Positions 53,703-63,417 of a DNA stretch of 64,000 bases are shown here, piece by piece; the first letter of the stretch is position 1, and each line of letters opens with the position of its first letter. The notes beneath the pieces were generated by a model that saw only the letters and a list, made by a program, of their open reading frames with translations, searched no databases and was not told the DNA's origin. A program made the translations under genes and the position numbers. Source of the DNA: Candidatus Falkowbacteria bacterium CG10_big_fil_rev_8_21_14_0_10_37_14 (GTDB lineage Bacteria > Patescibacteriota > Patescibacteriia > Patescibacteriales > Patescibacteriaceae); the NCBI GenBank assembly GCA_002778705.1, contig PFAM01000004.1, positions 20,109 through 84,108 of the forward strand, written 5' to 3'.

Positions 53703-54938
53703 CTATGGTGTTGTTGTAGCGCTAATTAAGCCAGAGGGCCAGATCCGAAAAGACTTAGGCGTATAACCAGGATAACCTTTATTAGAACCACCTCGATTAA
53801 CAGTTATGATGGCCGAATCTTCAGTGGCACTGGCGCCATTGATTCTCATTAAATAATCGGCTGGCGAAAAGAAAACATCAATAGTGCTGGTGATACTGGT
53901 TGTGGCTCCGATACTATTAACGCTATAAAACTTATCAAAAACGGGACCAGGCGGTAGTTTAACCTCTTGATATTTTTCTTCATCAGCACTGTAAAGTTTG
54001 GTGGGCGGAGTAAAAGATTGATACCAAGGCGCCCAGTCTTTCACAAAACGAATTTCATCGACGCTGCCAGCAAATGTAGCACTGCCAATATTTAAACTGG
54101 AGCCTGAATCATAATACATTTCGGTAGTAGTACCTATTTGTAAAACATCTTTGGCTTTACCGTCTACAAAAATTTTAATAAACTGCCGATCCCTAACGGC
54201 AGCAACATGATGCCAGACATTGGTAGCTAAAGTAGTAGTAGAAGATGAGCCAATTTCATACCAGACGCTACCCGAAGTTCTAAAACCAAAACGAGCTGTA
54301 GTTGTTGTTCCGGCAAGATTCACGCCGACATAAAAGCTATTTGACTTTTCGGCAATTTTTTGTAAACTGCCACTAAAACTTGTCATTTTAAACCAAAAAT
54401 CTATCGCAAAACTACTGGTGCCGGTATTAAAGTCTTGGTGATTAGGAATAGATAAATAATCGCTAGCATCAAAAGTCCAGTGATCACCACCAACACCACT
54501 AGGAGCACCGCCCCCGCTAGTGTTAATAGGAGTAGCGTTTTTAGTCACAGTTTTAGTGGTAGTTGCGGTGCTAGACACCGAACTGTCAAAAAAAGTTGTG
54601 CCAGAAACCACTTCTGTCCCGTGGATTAAAAGCTTGGTTGGGAAATCATAGTTTTGACTGCCATTTAAATCACCATAGGTAATATATTTACCACCGGGAC
54701 GATTAAAATAGACTCCCCAACCATAAGGTGCTTTATCAGCCGAAAGCATCCGACCGTTTAACGCAAAGTTTTGAGCAACACGGACTTGCTCACGCATTTT
54801 ATCGCTGACCGCCACAATCTCCCCGCTATCGTTAATCTCATTAAAGTTAGCGTAAACCACCACCGAAATAATCACGATGATTGAGATAGTGATGGCAATT
54901 TCAATAAGGGTAAAAGCTTGTTTGGCGGTTTTTAGCAT
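53703..54938 (-). CDS. Minor pilin, FimT/GspH-like, with a LamG/concanavalin-like C-terminal domain (module B, position 1)
   Basis: MLKTAKQAFTLIEIAITISIIVIISVVV. The C-terminal part has WHHVAAVRDRQFIKIFVDGK and GSVDEIRFVK, typical of Laminin_G_3 domains. Confidence 0.7.
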   Translation of the reverse strand: MLKTAKQAFTLIEIAITISIIVIISVVVYANFNEINDSGEIVAVSDKMREQVRVAQNFALNGRMLSADKAPYGWGVYFNRPGGKYITYGDLNGSQNYDFPTKLLIHGTEVVSGTTFFDSSVSSTATTTKTVTKNATPINTSGGGAPSGVGGDHWTFDASDYLSIPNHQDFNTGTSSFAIDFWFKMTSFSGSLQKIAEKSNSFYVGVNLAGTTTTARFGFRTSGSVWYEIGSSSTTTLATNVWHHVAAVRDRQFIKIFVDGKAKDVLQIGTTTEMYYDSGSSLNIGSATFAGSVDEIRFVKDWAPWYQSFTPPTKLYSADEEKYQEVKLPPGPVFDKFYSVNSIGATTSITSTIDVFFSPADYLMRINGASATEDSAIITVNRGGSNKGYPGYTPKSFRIWPSGLISATTTP

Positions 54939-54941
54939 AAA

Positions 54942-56219
54942 TTATTTGGCTTGAAGTAATTCTAAAGCCTTGTTGAGCTGAGGATCGTTTTTATCTTTAG
55001 CATCTTTCTCAGTAAACTCTATTTTAATATCCGGTTCAATACCCTCTTTATCAATGGCGCGACCTTTCGGGGTTAACCATTTGGCTGAAGTAACTTTCAT
55101 AGAGCTTCCACCAGGCAAAGACATTAAAGATTGAACAGAGCCTTTGCCAAAAGTTTTAGCACCGACTAATTTAGCCAAGCCATAGTCTTGTAAAGCCCCA
55201 GCCACAATCTCAGCGGCTGAAGCTGAGCCTTGATTAACTAAAACTACCGTTGGGATACTAGCTAAAGTAGCAGGACCTGAAGATTTATGCGGATCTTGTT
55301 CTTTGTTGGCATAGCGTTCAATCACAATTGTATTATTTTTAATCCAATAACCGCCCATCTTAACAGCGGAAAAAAGATAACCGCCCGGATTGTTACGCAA
55401 GTCTAACACAATGCCTTGAGCCGACTTGGTAATTGCCTCATTAACAGCGGTAGCAAATAAACTGTCAGTATCATCATTAAAATTAGAAACTCGAATAATT
55501 ATATTGTCACCTTTCCACTCGGTTTTGACACTTTTAATTTGAATAACAGCACGAGTAATTTTAATTTCTAAAGTATCAGCTGCACCTTCCCGCAAAATTG
55601 TTAAAGCAACGACCGTACCTTTAGGTCCACGAATTTTTTTAACCGCCTCGGTTACTGAAAAACCGGTGGTTAATTCTCCGTTAATTTTAATAATTTTATC
55701 TCCAGCTTTTAGCCCAGCTTTTTGTGCCGGCATTTCATCTAGTGGAGTGATGACCGTAATAATTTCATCCTTTAAGCCGATTTCGGCGCCAATACCTTCA
55801 AAAGACCCTGACATATCATCATTAAACTCTTTAGTTGATGATGGTGTCATAAAAACAGTATAAGGATCTTTAGTTGAGGCTACTAGACCTTCTAAAGCAC
55901 CGTAAAAAATATCTTGATCAGTCAACTGTTCGTGGTCAACATAAGTGCTTCGTAAATTATCCCAAACCTGCCAAAAAAGCTGTTCATCAAAAGCCGAAGA
56001 TTTGTCAGAATTAGTTATGATTCCGGTTTGATTTTTAAGGTTTTTATCACCTTGTGGTTGACCTAAAACCCAACCTGCAAAAAAGGCTGTTATAACTGCT
56101 GTAACAGCTAAAATACCTAAAATTAACTCTCTGGGATTACCTACACCACGCTTCTTTGAAAGACGGTCTTTTTCAGAAGACACATCTTTAACAGAAGCTT
56201 TCTTTTTCTTGTGAATCAT
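54942..56219 (-). CDS. S41-family carboxy-terminal processing protease with a PDZ domain
   Basis: PDZ GLKAGDKIIKING, LDLRNNPGG, and catalytic region NQGSASAAEI. ATG 56219 is the preferred start. Confidence 0.85.
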   Translation of the reverse strand: MIHKKKKASVKDVSSEKDRLSKKRGVGNPRELILGILAVTAVITAFFAGWVLGQPQGDKNLKNQTGIITNSDKSSAFDEQLFWQVWDNLRSTYVDHEQLTDQDIFYGALEGLVASTKDPYTVFMTPSSTKEFNDDMSGSFEGIGAEIGLKDEIITVITPLDEMPAQKAGLKAGDKIIKINGELTTGFSVTEAVKKIRGPKGTVVALTILREGAADTLEIKITRAVIQIKSVKTEWKGDNIIIRVSNFNDDTDSLFATAVNEAITKSAQGIVLDLRNNPGGYLFSAVKMGGYWIKNNTIVIERYANKEQDPHKSSGPATLASIPTVVLVNQGSASAAEIVAGALQDYGLAKLVGAKTFGKGSVQSLMSLPGGSSMKVTSAKWLTPKGRAIDKEGIEPDIKIEFTEKDAKDKNDPQLNKALELLQAK

Positions 56220-56319
56220 AATAAAAATAAATAATTTTTTGATAAGCCTATTATAACATATTTTAGCAATTGGCAAAACTGTACTTACTTGCTAAGATAA
56301 AAACAATTAAATATCAATT

Positions 56320-57390
56320 ATGACTACTATCATCATCATCTTACTAATACTATTAGCTTTAGCGGTAGCAGCTGTAGTTTGGCTAGCTAGCCGTCAACCA
56401 AAAGCGGTTGGAGCAGACCCCGTACTTTTAGAAAAATTAAACAATATGGGCGAGCAAAATAAAGAACTTCGTCAATTATTTGATAACCGCTTGCGTGAAA
56501 GCCATGAGATTAGCCGTAACCAATTTTCTGAAACTACTAGAGTAATACAAAACATCAGCCGTGATTCAGCTAAAACCATTGCCGAAGTAACCGAAAAATT
56601 AACCAAGCTAGACGAAACTAATAGACAAGTGGTGAATTTTTCTTCACAGCTGCAAAAACTGCAAGATATTTTAAAAAATCCAAAACAACGAGGTGTCTTA
56701 GGTGAGTATTTTTTAGAAGAAACATTAAAAAATGTATTGCCGCCTAATTCTTATGAAATGCAATACAAATTTAAGAACGGCGAAATTGTGGACGCCGTGG
56801 TATTTGTGAAAGATTTAATCGTACCAATTGATTCTAAATTTTCTTTAGAAAATTATGAAAAATTAATTGACGCCAAAGACCAAGCAACTCGCGACAACTG
56901 GGAAAAATTATTTAAACAAGATTTAAAAAATCGTATTGATGAAACTTCTAAATACATCAGACCAGCCGAAAAAACTATGGACTTCGCTTTTATGTTTATC
57001 CCATCAGAAGCGATTTATTATGATTTGCTAGTCGGCCGAGTAGGCGTCGATACCCGTAACTTAATTGAATATGCTTTTGTTAATAAAAAGGTGATTATTG
57101 TGTCCCCCACTTCGTTCTTGGCTTATTTACAAACCGTCTTGCAAGGCTTGAGAGCCATGCAAATTGAAGAATCAGCAAAAAGTATCCGCGAGAATGTTGA
57201 GAAACTAGGCAAACACTTGACGGCCTATGAAGTATTTATGGATAAATTGGGTAACACCTTAGGCACCACAGTTAATCATTACAACTCCGCCGTCGGTGAA
57301 TTTAAAAAAGTCGATAAAGATGTAGCGCGTATTACTGAAAGTTCCACAACTTCCAATCTTGACTTAATAGAGGCTCCTCATCATGACTAA
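56320..57390 (+). CDS. rmuC: DNA recombination protein RmuC
   Basis: N-terminal TM helix, coiled coil, NPKQRGVLGEYFLEETLKNVLP, FMFIPSEAIYYDL. Confidence 0.85.
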   Translation: MTTIIIILLILLALAVAAVVWLASRQPKAVGADPVLLEKLNNMGEQNKELRQLFDNRLRESHEISRNQFSETTRVIQNISRDSAKTIAEVTEKLTKLDETNRQVVNFSSQLQKLQDILKNPKQRGVLGEYFLEETLKNVLPPNSYEMQYKFKNGEIVDAVVFVKDLIVPIDSKFSLENYEKLIDAKDQATRDNWEKLFKQDLKNRIDETSKYIRPAEKTMDFAFMFIPSEAIYYDLLVGRVGVDTRNLIEYAFVNKKVIIVSPTSFLAYLQTVLQGLRAMQIEESAKSIRENVEKLGKHLTAYEVFMDKLGNTLGTTVNHYNSAVGEFKKVDKDVARITESSTTSNLDLIEAPHHD

Positions 57391-57445
57391 AAACCTAAAA
57401 ATTTTTTAATTCTATAATTTTTAAATAAACAAGGAAATTTTTAAT

Positions 57446-58351
57446 TTGAAAAAATACCAAAGTCTATTAATGAATAATGATACTGAAATTAAGAAGGCGG
57501 TTAAAAAAACTTTAATTTGGTTTGATATGTTTGACTATCCGCTAACACTTTTAGAAGTGGCTAACTATTTACCGATTACGGCTAAAATAGAAGATGTCCA
57601 AACAGTTCTAATGGACTACCCTCAAACTTACGGTTTTTATCATTTACCAGGACGAGAGAAAATTCTTGTCGAAAGACAAAGACGCAGTAATTGGGCAGAT
57701 CGAAAATTTAAAAAAGCTCGGCGACTAGCTAGAATTTTTGGAGTTTTACCCTGGCTAAGACTAGTGGCCGTAACTAATCTGATTGGACAAAGCAATTTAA
57801 AAGATGGTGGCGATATAGACTTGTTTATCATTACTTCACCAAAAAGAATTTGGCTGACGCGCTTAATTATGGCTGGCACTTTAAAAGTTTTTAATTTACG
57901 CCCTAGTGCCAAAAAACATCGTGATACTTATTGTTTAAGTTTTTTTGTAGCTGAAGACCGTTTAAACTTAAGCGATTTGCGTTTGCCCAACGATACTTTA
58001 TTTACACATTGGGTGAGCGGTTCTGTTGTTCTTTGGCAACGGCCAGGTGTTTATGATAAATTATTGGCGGCTAATATCTGGATTAGAAGTCAAATGCCTA
58101 ACTGGCAGCCAGTAGAGCCCACGCGTCGGCGACCGTTTATTGCTCGCCAAACTAAGCAAGTCGGATCTTGGCTAGATACTTTTGAAAATAATACGCGAAT
58201 TTGGCAAGTTAAACATTTCCCTAAAAAATTAGCTGAGCTTAATAACCTAGACAACCGGGTGGTGACTAAATTTGATATTATCAAACTCCACTCTAATGAT
58301 AATCGTGCAGAAGTCCAAGAGTTATTTATAAATCGACTAAAGAAAGTATGA
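57446..58351 (+). CDS. Hypothetical protein, possible nucleotidyltransferase fold
   Basis: 301-aa ORF (TTG start; an ATG lies 24 nt downstream). GGDIDLFIITS motif. It overlaps the O-antigen-ligase-like gene by 4 nt. Confidence 0.45.
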   Translation: MKKYQSLLMNNDTEIKKAVKKTLIWFDMFDYPLTLLEVANYLPITAKIEDVQTVLMDYPQTYGFYHLPGREKILVERQRRSNWADRKFKKARRLARIFGVLPWLRLVAVTNLIGQSNLKDGGDIDLFIITSPKRIWLTRLIMAGTLKVFNLRPSAKKHRDTYCLSFFVAEDRLNLSDLRLPNDTLFTHWVSGSVVLWQRPGVYDKLLAANIWIRSQMPNWQPVEPTRRRPFIARQTKQVGSWLDTFENNTRIWQVKHFPKKLAELNNLDNRVVTKFDIIKLHSNDNRAEVQELFINRLKKV

Positions 58352-59625
58352 AAATTAATACCGAGCAACTGCGATTATTTTTAACTAAAGGACTAGCGAT
58401 ATTCCCATTGCTTTTAATTTGGCAAACCAAATTAATTATCGACTGGGCTTGGCCTGGAATAATTCGCTGGGAATTTAACAGTTTGGCTTTATACCTTTCT
58501 GACATTGGCTTAATTATTTTGTTAATTATAGGCTTTATACTTTTTCATGGATCGGAAACAAAAGACAAAAAAAGGCTGTGGTTTTATGTAGCAGGATTGG
58601 CTGTTGTTTTTGTTAGTACTTTTGGTATTTATACCTCGTTTGATAAACCTTTATTAGTCTTTAATACCCTGAGAATTTTTGGAGCTCTGTCCTTAACTTG
58701 GTTAGTTATTAATTTTGCTGACAGAAAAACTTTAGCTCAAGGATTTGTAATAGCAGCCGTAATTTGTGCTTTGATTGGCTGGATACAATTTGCCAGCCAA
58801 ACGACTGTGGCTAACAAGTGGTTGGGACTAGCCGAACATCAAGTAAGCGTTCCTGGTGTGGCAGTGTTTATTACCGAGCAAGGCAGACTGTTAAGAGCTT
58901 ATGGTCCATTAGACCACCCTAATATTTTAGGGGGATTACTTGCTCTGGCTTTAATTATTTTAGCCGGCTATCGATTATTTAAAAATTATTGGTTAACTTT
59001 TAGTTTAGCTATATTATTGACCACTGGTTTATTTTTTAGCGGAAGTCGTAGCGCTCTCTTGGCCACGGGGCTTGGCTTGGTTATACTTTTGCTAAATAAA
59101 AATCGAAAAAAATATTTGGGCGTAGCAACGGTTGTGTTGTTAACTGGTCTGTCGCTGAGCTTGGTCTTTGGTAATCTCTGGAGCCCCAGATTATCAGCTA
59201 CCGGCCGACTGGAAAATAATTCTATTAACGAACGACAAACGCAATTTAGCCAAGCTTTACAAACTATTCAAACACACCCACTAGGTGTGTCTAGCGGGCA
59301 ATACACCGAATGGTTAGCCAAACAGGATAACAACGCCAAGGAACCATCAGCTTATCAACCAGTCCATAACATTTGGCTGTTAACCATAGCTGAATTAGGT
59401 TGGTTGGGGGGACTTGCTTACTTAGGATTATGGCTAATACCCTTGTTAATTATCGGCAGACGACCGCTTGGCATAGATTTAGCTTTATGGTTAGCCATAT
59501 TTATCTTAGGCTGTTTTGACCATTGGCTTTATAGTAATCATTTTGGTCTGCTCCTGTGGGCCTTAATAATCGGCCTCCTATTAATAGAACCTCCAAAAAT
59601 GGACAAAACCCTAAAAATCAGGTAA
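58348..59625 (+). CDS. O-antigen ligase (Wzy_C)-family membrane protein
   Basis: Polytopic, with LFFSGSRSALLATGLG typical of the O-antigen ligase domain. Confidence 0.7.
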   Translation: MKINTEQLRLFLTKGLAIFPLLLIWQTKLIIDWAWPGIIRWEFNSLALYLSDIGLIILLIIGFILFHGSETKDKKRLWFYVAGLAVVFVSTFGIYTSFDKPLLVFNTLRIFGALSLTWLVINFADRKTLAQGFVIAAVICALIGWIQFASQTTVANKWLGLAEHQVSVPGVAVFITEQGRLLRAYGPLDHPNILGGLLALALIILAGYRLFKNYWLTFSLAILLTTGLFFSGSRSALLATGLGLVILLLNKNRKKYLGVATVVLLTGLSLSLVFGNLWSPRLSATGRLENNSINERQTQFSQALQTIQTHPLGVSSGQYTEWLAKQDNNAKEPSAYQPVHNIWLLTIAELGWLGGLAYLGLWLIPLLIIGRRPLGIDLALWLAIFILGCFDHWLYSNHFGLLLWALIIGLLLIEPPKMDKTLKIR

Positions 59626-59651
59626 ATTAAAGCTTAATTAAAGATTATTAT

Positions 59652-60962
59652 ATGCAAGAACAAAAACTAGATGCGATGGATAAAATTATCTCGCTAGCCA
59701 AACGCCGAGGCTTTATTTTTCCCGGCTCAGATATTTACGGGGGTTTGGCTAATGCTTGGGATTACGGGCCTTTGGGCGTGGAACTCAAAAACAATGTTAA
59801 GCAACGCTGGTGGAAGACTTTTGTAACTAGGCGTGCAGATATGGTTGGTTTGGATGCTGCACTTTTAATGAACACTAAAGTTTGGCAAGCTTCTGGACAC
59901 TTAAAAGAATTTTCTGACCCGCTGGTGGAATGCAAGGCCTGCCACGCGCGTTTTCGGGCTGATCAAATTGATATTAAGTCCCCTTGCCCGGATTGCAAGA
60001 AAGGCGAACTAACCGCACCAAAGCAATTTAACTTAATGTTAAAAACTTTTTTAGGACCGGTGGAAAGCGAAGATAATGTAGTTTATTTTAGACCGGAAAC
60101 CGCGCAAGGTATTTTTGTTAATTTTAAAAACATTGCCGACACCATGCGAATGAAACTGCCTTTCGGTATTGCTCAAATTGGCAAAGCTTTTCGCAACGAA
60201 ATTACACCTGGTAATTATATCTTCCGCACTCGCGAGTTTGAACAAATGGAGATTGAATATTTTATCCGCCCACCAAAAGACGAAGCCGAGTGGCAAACCG
60301 CTTTCGAAGACTGGCGACTAGCTATTCTCGCTTGGTGTAGCGATCTCGGTTTAAAGACCGAAGAAGTTCATGAATTGGAAGTCGCTAAAGATGAACTGGC
60401 CCACTACTCCAAACGCACGATTGATTTTGAATATGATTTTCCTTTTGGTCGCAAAGAATTATTTGGTCTAGCTTATCGCACCGACTTTGATTTAAATAAT
60501 CACAGTCTAAACTATACCGATGATAACGGTGATAAATTAGTACCACACTGCATTGAGCCATCACTCGGCGTGGATCGCTCTATCTTAGCGGCTTTGTTAT
60601 CAGCCTACAGTGAAGAGGAAATAAAAGAGGGAGATATTCGCACGGTGTTAAAATTGCCGAAGTGGTTGGCGCCGATTAAGGCTGGTGTTTTCCCTTTAAT
60701 GAAAAATAAGCCGGAGCTAGTAGCTAAGGCTAAAGAAGTTTTTGCTTTATTGTCGGCCGACTACACCATGCAATATGACGATAATGGCAATGTCGGAAAA
60801 CGTTATCGCCGACAGGATGAAATCGGTACGCCATATTGTTTAACCATCGACTTCGATACCCTAGGAGATAATACAGTGACAGTGCGCGATCGCGATACTA
60901 TGGAGCAACAGCGTGTATTGATCGCTGAACTGCCAAATTTCTTAAGAACTAATATAAAATAA
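59652..60962 (+). CDS. glyQS: Glycyl-tRNA synthetase (alpha2 type)
   Basis: RRGFIFPGSDIYGGLANAWDYGPLG, GKAFRNEITPGNYIFRTREFEQMEIEYF, EPSLGVDRS. Confidence 0.9.
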   Translation: MQEQKLDAMDKIISLAKRRGFIFPGSDIYGGLANAWDYGPLGVELKNNVKQRWWKTFVTRRADMVGLDAALLMNTKVWQASGHLKEFSDPLVECKACHARFRADQIDIKSPCPDCKKGELTAPKQFNLMLKTFLGPVESEDNVVYFRPETAQGIFVNFKNIADTMRMKLPFGIAQIGKAFRNEITPGNYIFRTREFEQMEIEYFIRPPKDEAEWQTAFEDWRLAILAWCSDLGLKTEEVHELEVAKDELAHYSKRTIDFEYDFPFGRKELFGLAYRTDFDLNNHSLNYTDDNGDKLVPHCIEPSLGVDRSILAALLSAYSEEEIKEGDIRTVLKLPKWLAPIKAGVFPLMKNKPELVAKAKEVFALLSADYTMQYDDNGNVGKRYRRQDEIGTPYCLTIDFDTLGDNTVTVRDRDTMEQQRVLIAELPNFLRTNIK

Positions 60963-62246
60963 ATGTATCAAGAACATAAATTAGCCAACGGCTTAAAATT
61001 AATTACTGTGCCGATGGCTGGCACCGAGACTACTACACTACTAGTGATGTTCGCTACTGGCTCGCGTTTTGAATCGCGCGAACAAAATGGCTTATCACAC
61101 TTTTTGGAACACATGTTTTTCAAAGGCACAACCAAGCGCCCTGATACCATGTCAATTTCTTCGGCCTTGGATAATGTTGGCGCCGAATTCAACGCTTTTA
61201 CCAGTAAAGAATACACTGGTTATTGGATAAAGACTGCCGGCGAACATACCGAGCTGGCCTTGGATGTCTTATCTGATATGTTAATCAATTCTAAATTTGA
61301 CGAAAACGAAATTAACCGTGAAAAAGGAGTTATCACTGAAGAAATTAATATGTACCAAGATAATCCGATGTGGTACATTGAAGAAATTTTTGAAGCCCTG
61401 ATTTACGGTGACACTCCAGCCGGTTGGGACACCGCCGGTACCAAAGAAAATGTGGCAGGGTTTACCCGTGAGCAATTTATAACTTATTGGCAACAACAAT
61501 ATGGCAGTGATAGTGCTACTTTAATTTTAGCTGGTAAACTGCCAGAGAATCCTGAGGCTTTAATCGGTCGCTATTTTGACGGTTTGAATAAGAGCACTTA
61601 TAAAAAACAATTACCAACGGTTGATACTTTTAATGGACCGAAATTAAAAATCCATTTCAAAGATACCGACCAAGCTCATCTGTCCTTAGGCGTGCGAAGT
61701 GTGCCTTATGCTTCGGCTGATGAATCAACTATTAAAGTTTTATCAGTAATTTTAGGAGGGTCAATGTCTTCTAGGCTTTTTACTCAACTTAGAGAGCGTA
61801 ACGGTCTAGCTTACTATGTGCGTTGTAACCAAGAGAGTTATACCGATACCGGCTACATGACGACGCAAGCTGGAGTGCCGACCGATAAAATTGAACAAGC
61901 TATCAAAATAATTTTAGCTGAATACTCTAAACTGACTACCGAGCTGGTTCCTGATGAAGAATTAACCAGAGTGAAAAATTTGTTAAAAGGCAAAACACCA
62001 TTGTCACTAGAATCTTCGGATGAAGTGGCGGAGTTTTACGCTCGCCAAGCTGTGTTGTTGTTTGAACAAGAGAATCCTCGCCGAGGGATTATCAAGCCTG
62101 ATGAATTATTAAAAGGCATTGACGGCGTGAGAGCCGAGGATATTCAAGCACTGGCTAAGAAGTTATTTAGACCAGAGAACTTGAATTTAGCGGTGATTGG
62201 GCCCTACAAAGACTCCGCCCCTTTCGAAGCCTTGCTTAAATTGTAA
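60963..62246 (+). CDS. M16-family (pitrilysin-like) zinc peptidase
   Basis: HFLEHMFFKGT (HxxEH) motif. The start abuts the glyQS stop. Confidence 0.85.
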   Translation: MYQEHKLANGLKLITVPMAGTETTTLLVMFATGSRFESREQNGLSHFLEHMFFKGTTKRPDTMSISSALDNVGAEFNAFTSKEYTGYWIKTAGEHTELALDVLSDMLINSKFDENEINREKGVITEEINMYQDNPMWYIEEIFEALIYGDTPAGWDTAGTKENVAGFTREQFITYWQQQYGSDSATLILAGKLPENPEALIGRYFDGLNKSTYKKQLPTVDTFNGPKLKIHFKDTDQAHLSLGVRSVPYASADESTIKVLSVILGGSMSSRLFTQLRERNGLAYYVRCNQESYTDTGYMTTQAGVPTDKIEQAIKIILAEYSKLTTELVPDEELTRVKNLLKGKTPLSLESSDEVAEFYARQAVLLFEQENPRRGIIKPDELLKGIDGVRAEDIQALAKKLFRPENLNLAVIGPYKDSAPFEALLKL

Positions 62247-62258
62247 TATATTGTAATA

Positions 62259-62290
62259 CAAAAAAATCTTCCATTAGGAAGATTTTTTTG
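62259..62290. terminator. Bidirectional rho-independent terminator
   Basis: Perfect palindrome acaaaaaaatcttcc-atta-ggaagatttttttgt between convergent genes. Confidence 0.75.
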
Positions 62291-62303
62291 TATTGTTTTT
62301 TTC

Positions 62304-63326
62304 TTATCTGGTGGCGTTATAGAGAGCGGAGACTTCAGCGGCGGACAAAACTCGATCATAAATACGAACATCTGACACATACCCAAGCGACTGAGTGAAT
62401 AGATTTATAGTTGAGGCTATAGCGACGGAAGTAACAGCTAAGCCATTGCCGGAAACTACATAATTATTATCAACATAGATCTGCTTATAACTATCAGACC
62501 CTCTAAAGACAAAGCCTACAAAATGCCAGGTACCATCCTGTAAATTAACATAACCATATTGATATAAACTATTATGAGCATACAACAGCATATTATTTGT
62601 TGTTCCGTGTACTAATTTTAATCCTTGTGACCAACTAGAAATTAAATATTGCTCATTTTGAACTCCTATCTTAACCCAAGCAAAAACAGAGTAAGTGTAG
62701 TTAGCCGGCGTTTGTGCCCAATTAAAATTAGGTACGCTTAAATAAGAACCCCCACCACCATCAGAATAATAACTTCCATTTGCCTCACCAAATCTGCCAG
62801 TACTCGTACTAATGCCGCCAATAATTGTCGCCGTCTTACCGCCTGCCAAATCTTTCGTGCCATTTATTCCATCCAACATCCACCAACCAACTAAACCATT
62901 GGTGGGGCCGAGATCGCGAGTTTGTCCACTTTTTTCTATTCTTCTGGCGCCGGCTGGAACATCGCCAACGGCTTTAGATAAACAACCGATTAAAGAATAG
63001 TTATCATTGCCGGCAGCATATTGATAATCTAAATCAGCACAAGCACCCTCGGCTCTCGGGGTTGGGTTATTAGGCACTTTGGCCATATAGGTTTTAGAGC
63101 CGTCGGCCGAAACCAATGGTTGACCAGGGGTAATAATACTCGGGTAAGCCGTGTAATCAGCATAATACATCTCAAGTGCTGTCGAGATTTGTTTAAGATC
63201 GCTAATGCGCTTGGAGTCTCTAGCTCTAGTGCGGGCACCATTAACGGCTACGGTCGCTAAAGTTGCCAAGACGCCAATAATGACGATGACGGCTAATAAT
63301 TCAATTAGGGTGAAGCCTTTTTTTAT
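62304..63326 (-). CDS. Prepilin-type N-terminal domain protein with C-terminal LamG-like domain (paralogue 2); no canonical start codon
   Basis: The frame reads ATA AAA AAA GGC TTC ACC CTA ATT GAA = (I/M)KKGFTLIELLAVIVIIGVLATLA.... The first ~140 residues are about 90 percent identical to paralogue 1 (13 substitutions counted by eye), and the C-terminal domain is divergent but ends VRIYDRVLSAAEVSALYNA. A TAA lies 5 codons upstream of the ATA. Confidence 0.7.
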   Translation of the reverse strand: MKKGFTLIELLAVIVIIGVLATLATVAVNGARTRARDSKRISDLKQISTALEMYYADYTAYPSIITPGQPLVSADGSKTYMAKVPNNPTPRAEGACADLDYQYAAGNDNYSLIGCLSKAVGDVPAGARRIEKSGQTRDLGPTNGLVGWWMLDGINGTKDLAGGKTATIIGGISTSTGRFGEANGSYYSDGGGGSYLSVPNFNWAQTPANYTYSVFAWVKIGVQNEQYLISSWSQGLKLVHGTTNNMLLYAHNSLYQYGYVNLQDGTWHFVGFVFRGSDSYKQIYVDNNYVVSGNGLAVTSVAIASTINLFTQSLGYVSDVRIYDRVLSAAEVSALYNATR

Positions 63327-63417
63327 AGTAAATTGATTTTACCACACATCCCTAAAAAACAAAAGCCAGCCTTACAGCCGGTTCGGTGGTTATTTTTAAA
63401 ATTTATCTTGTGTGCAG

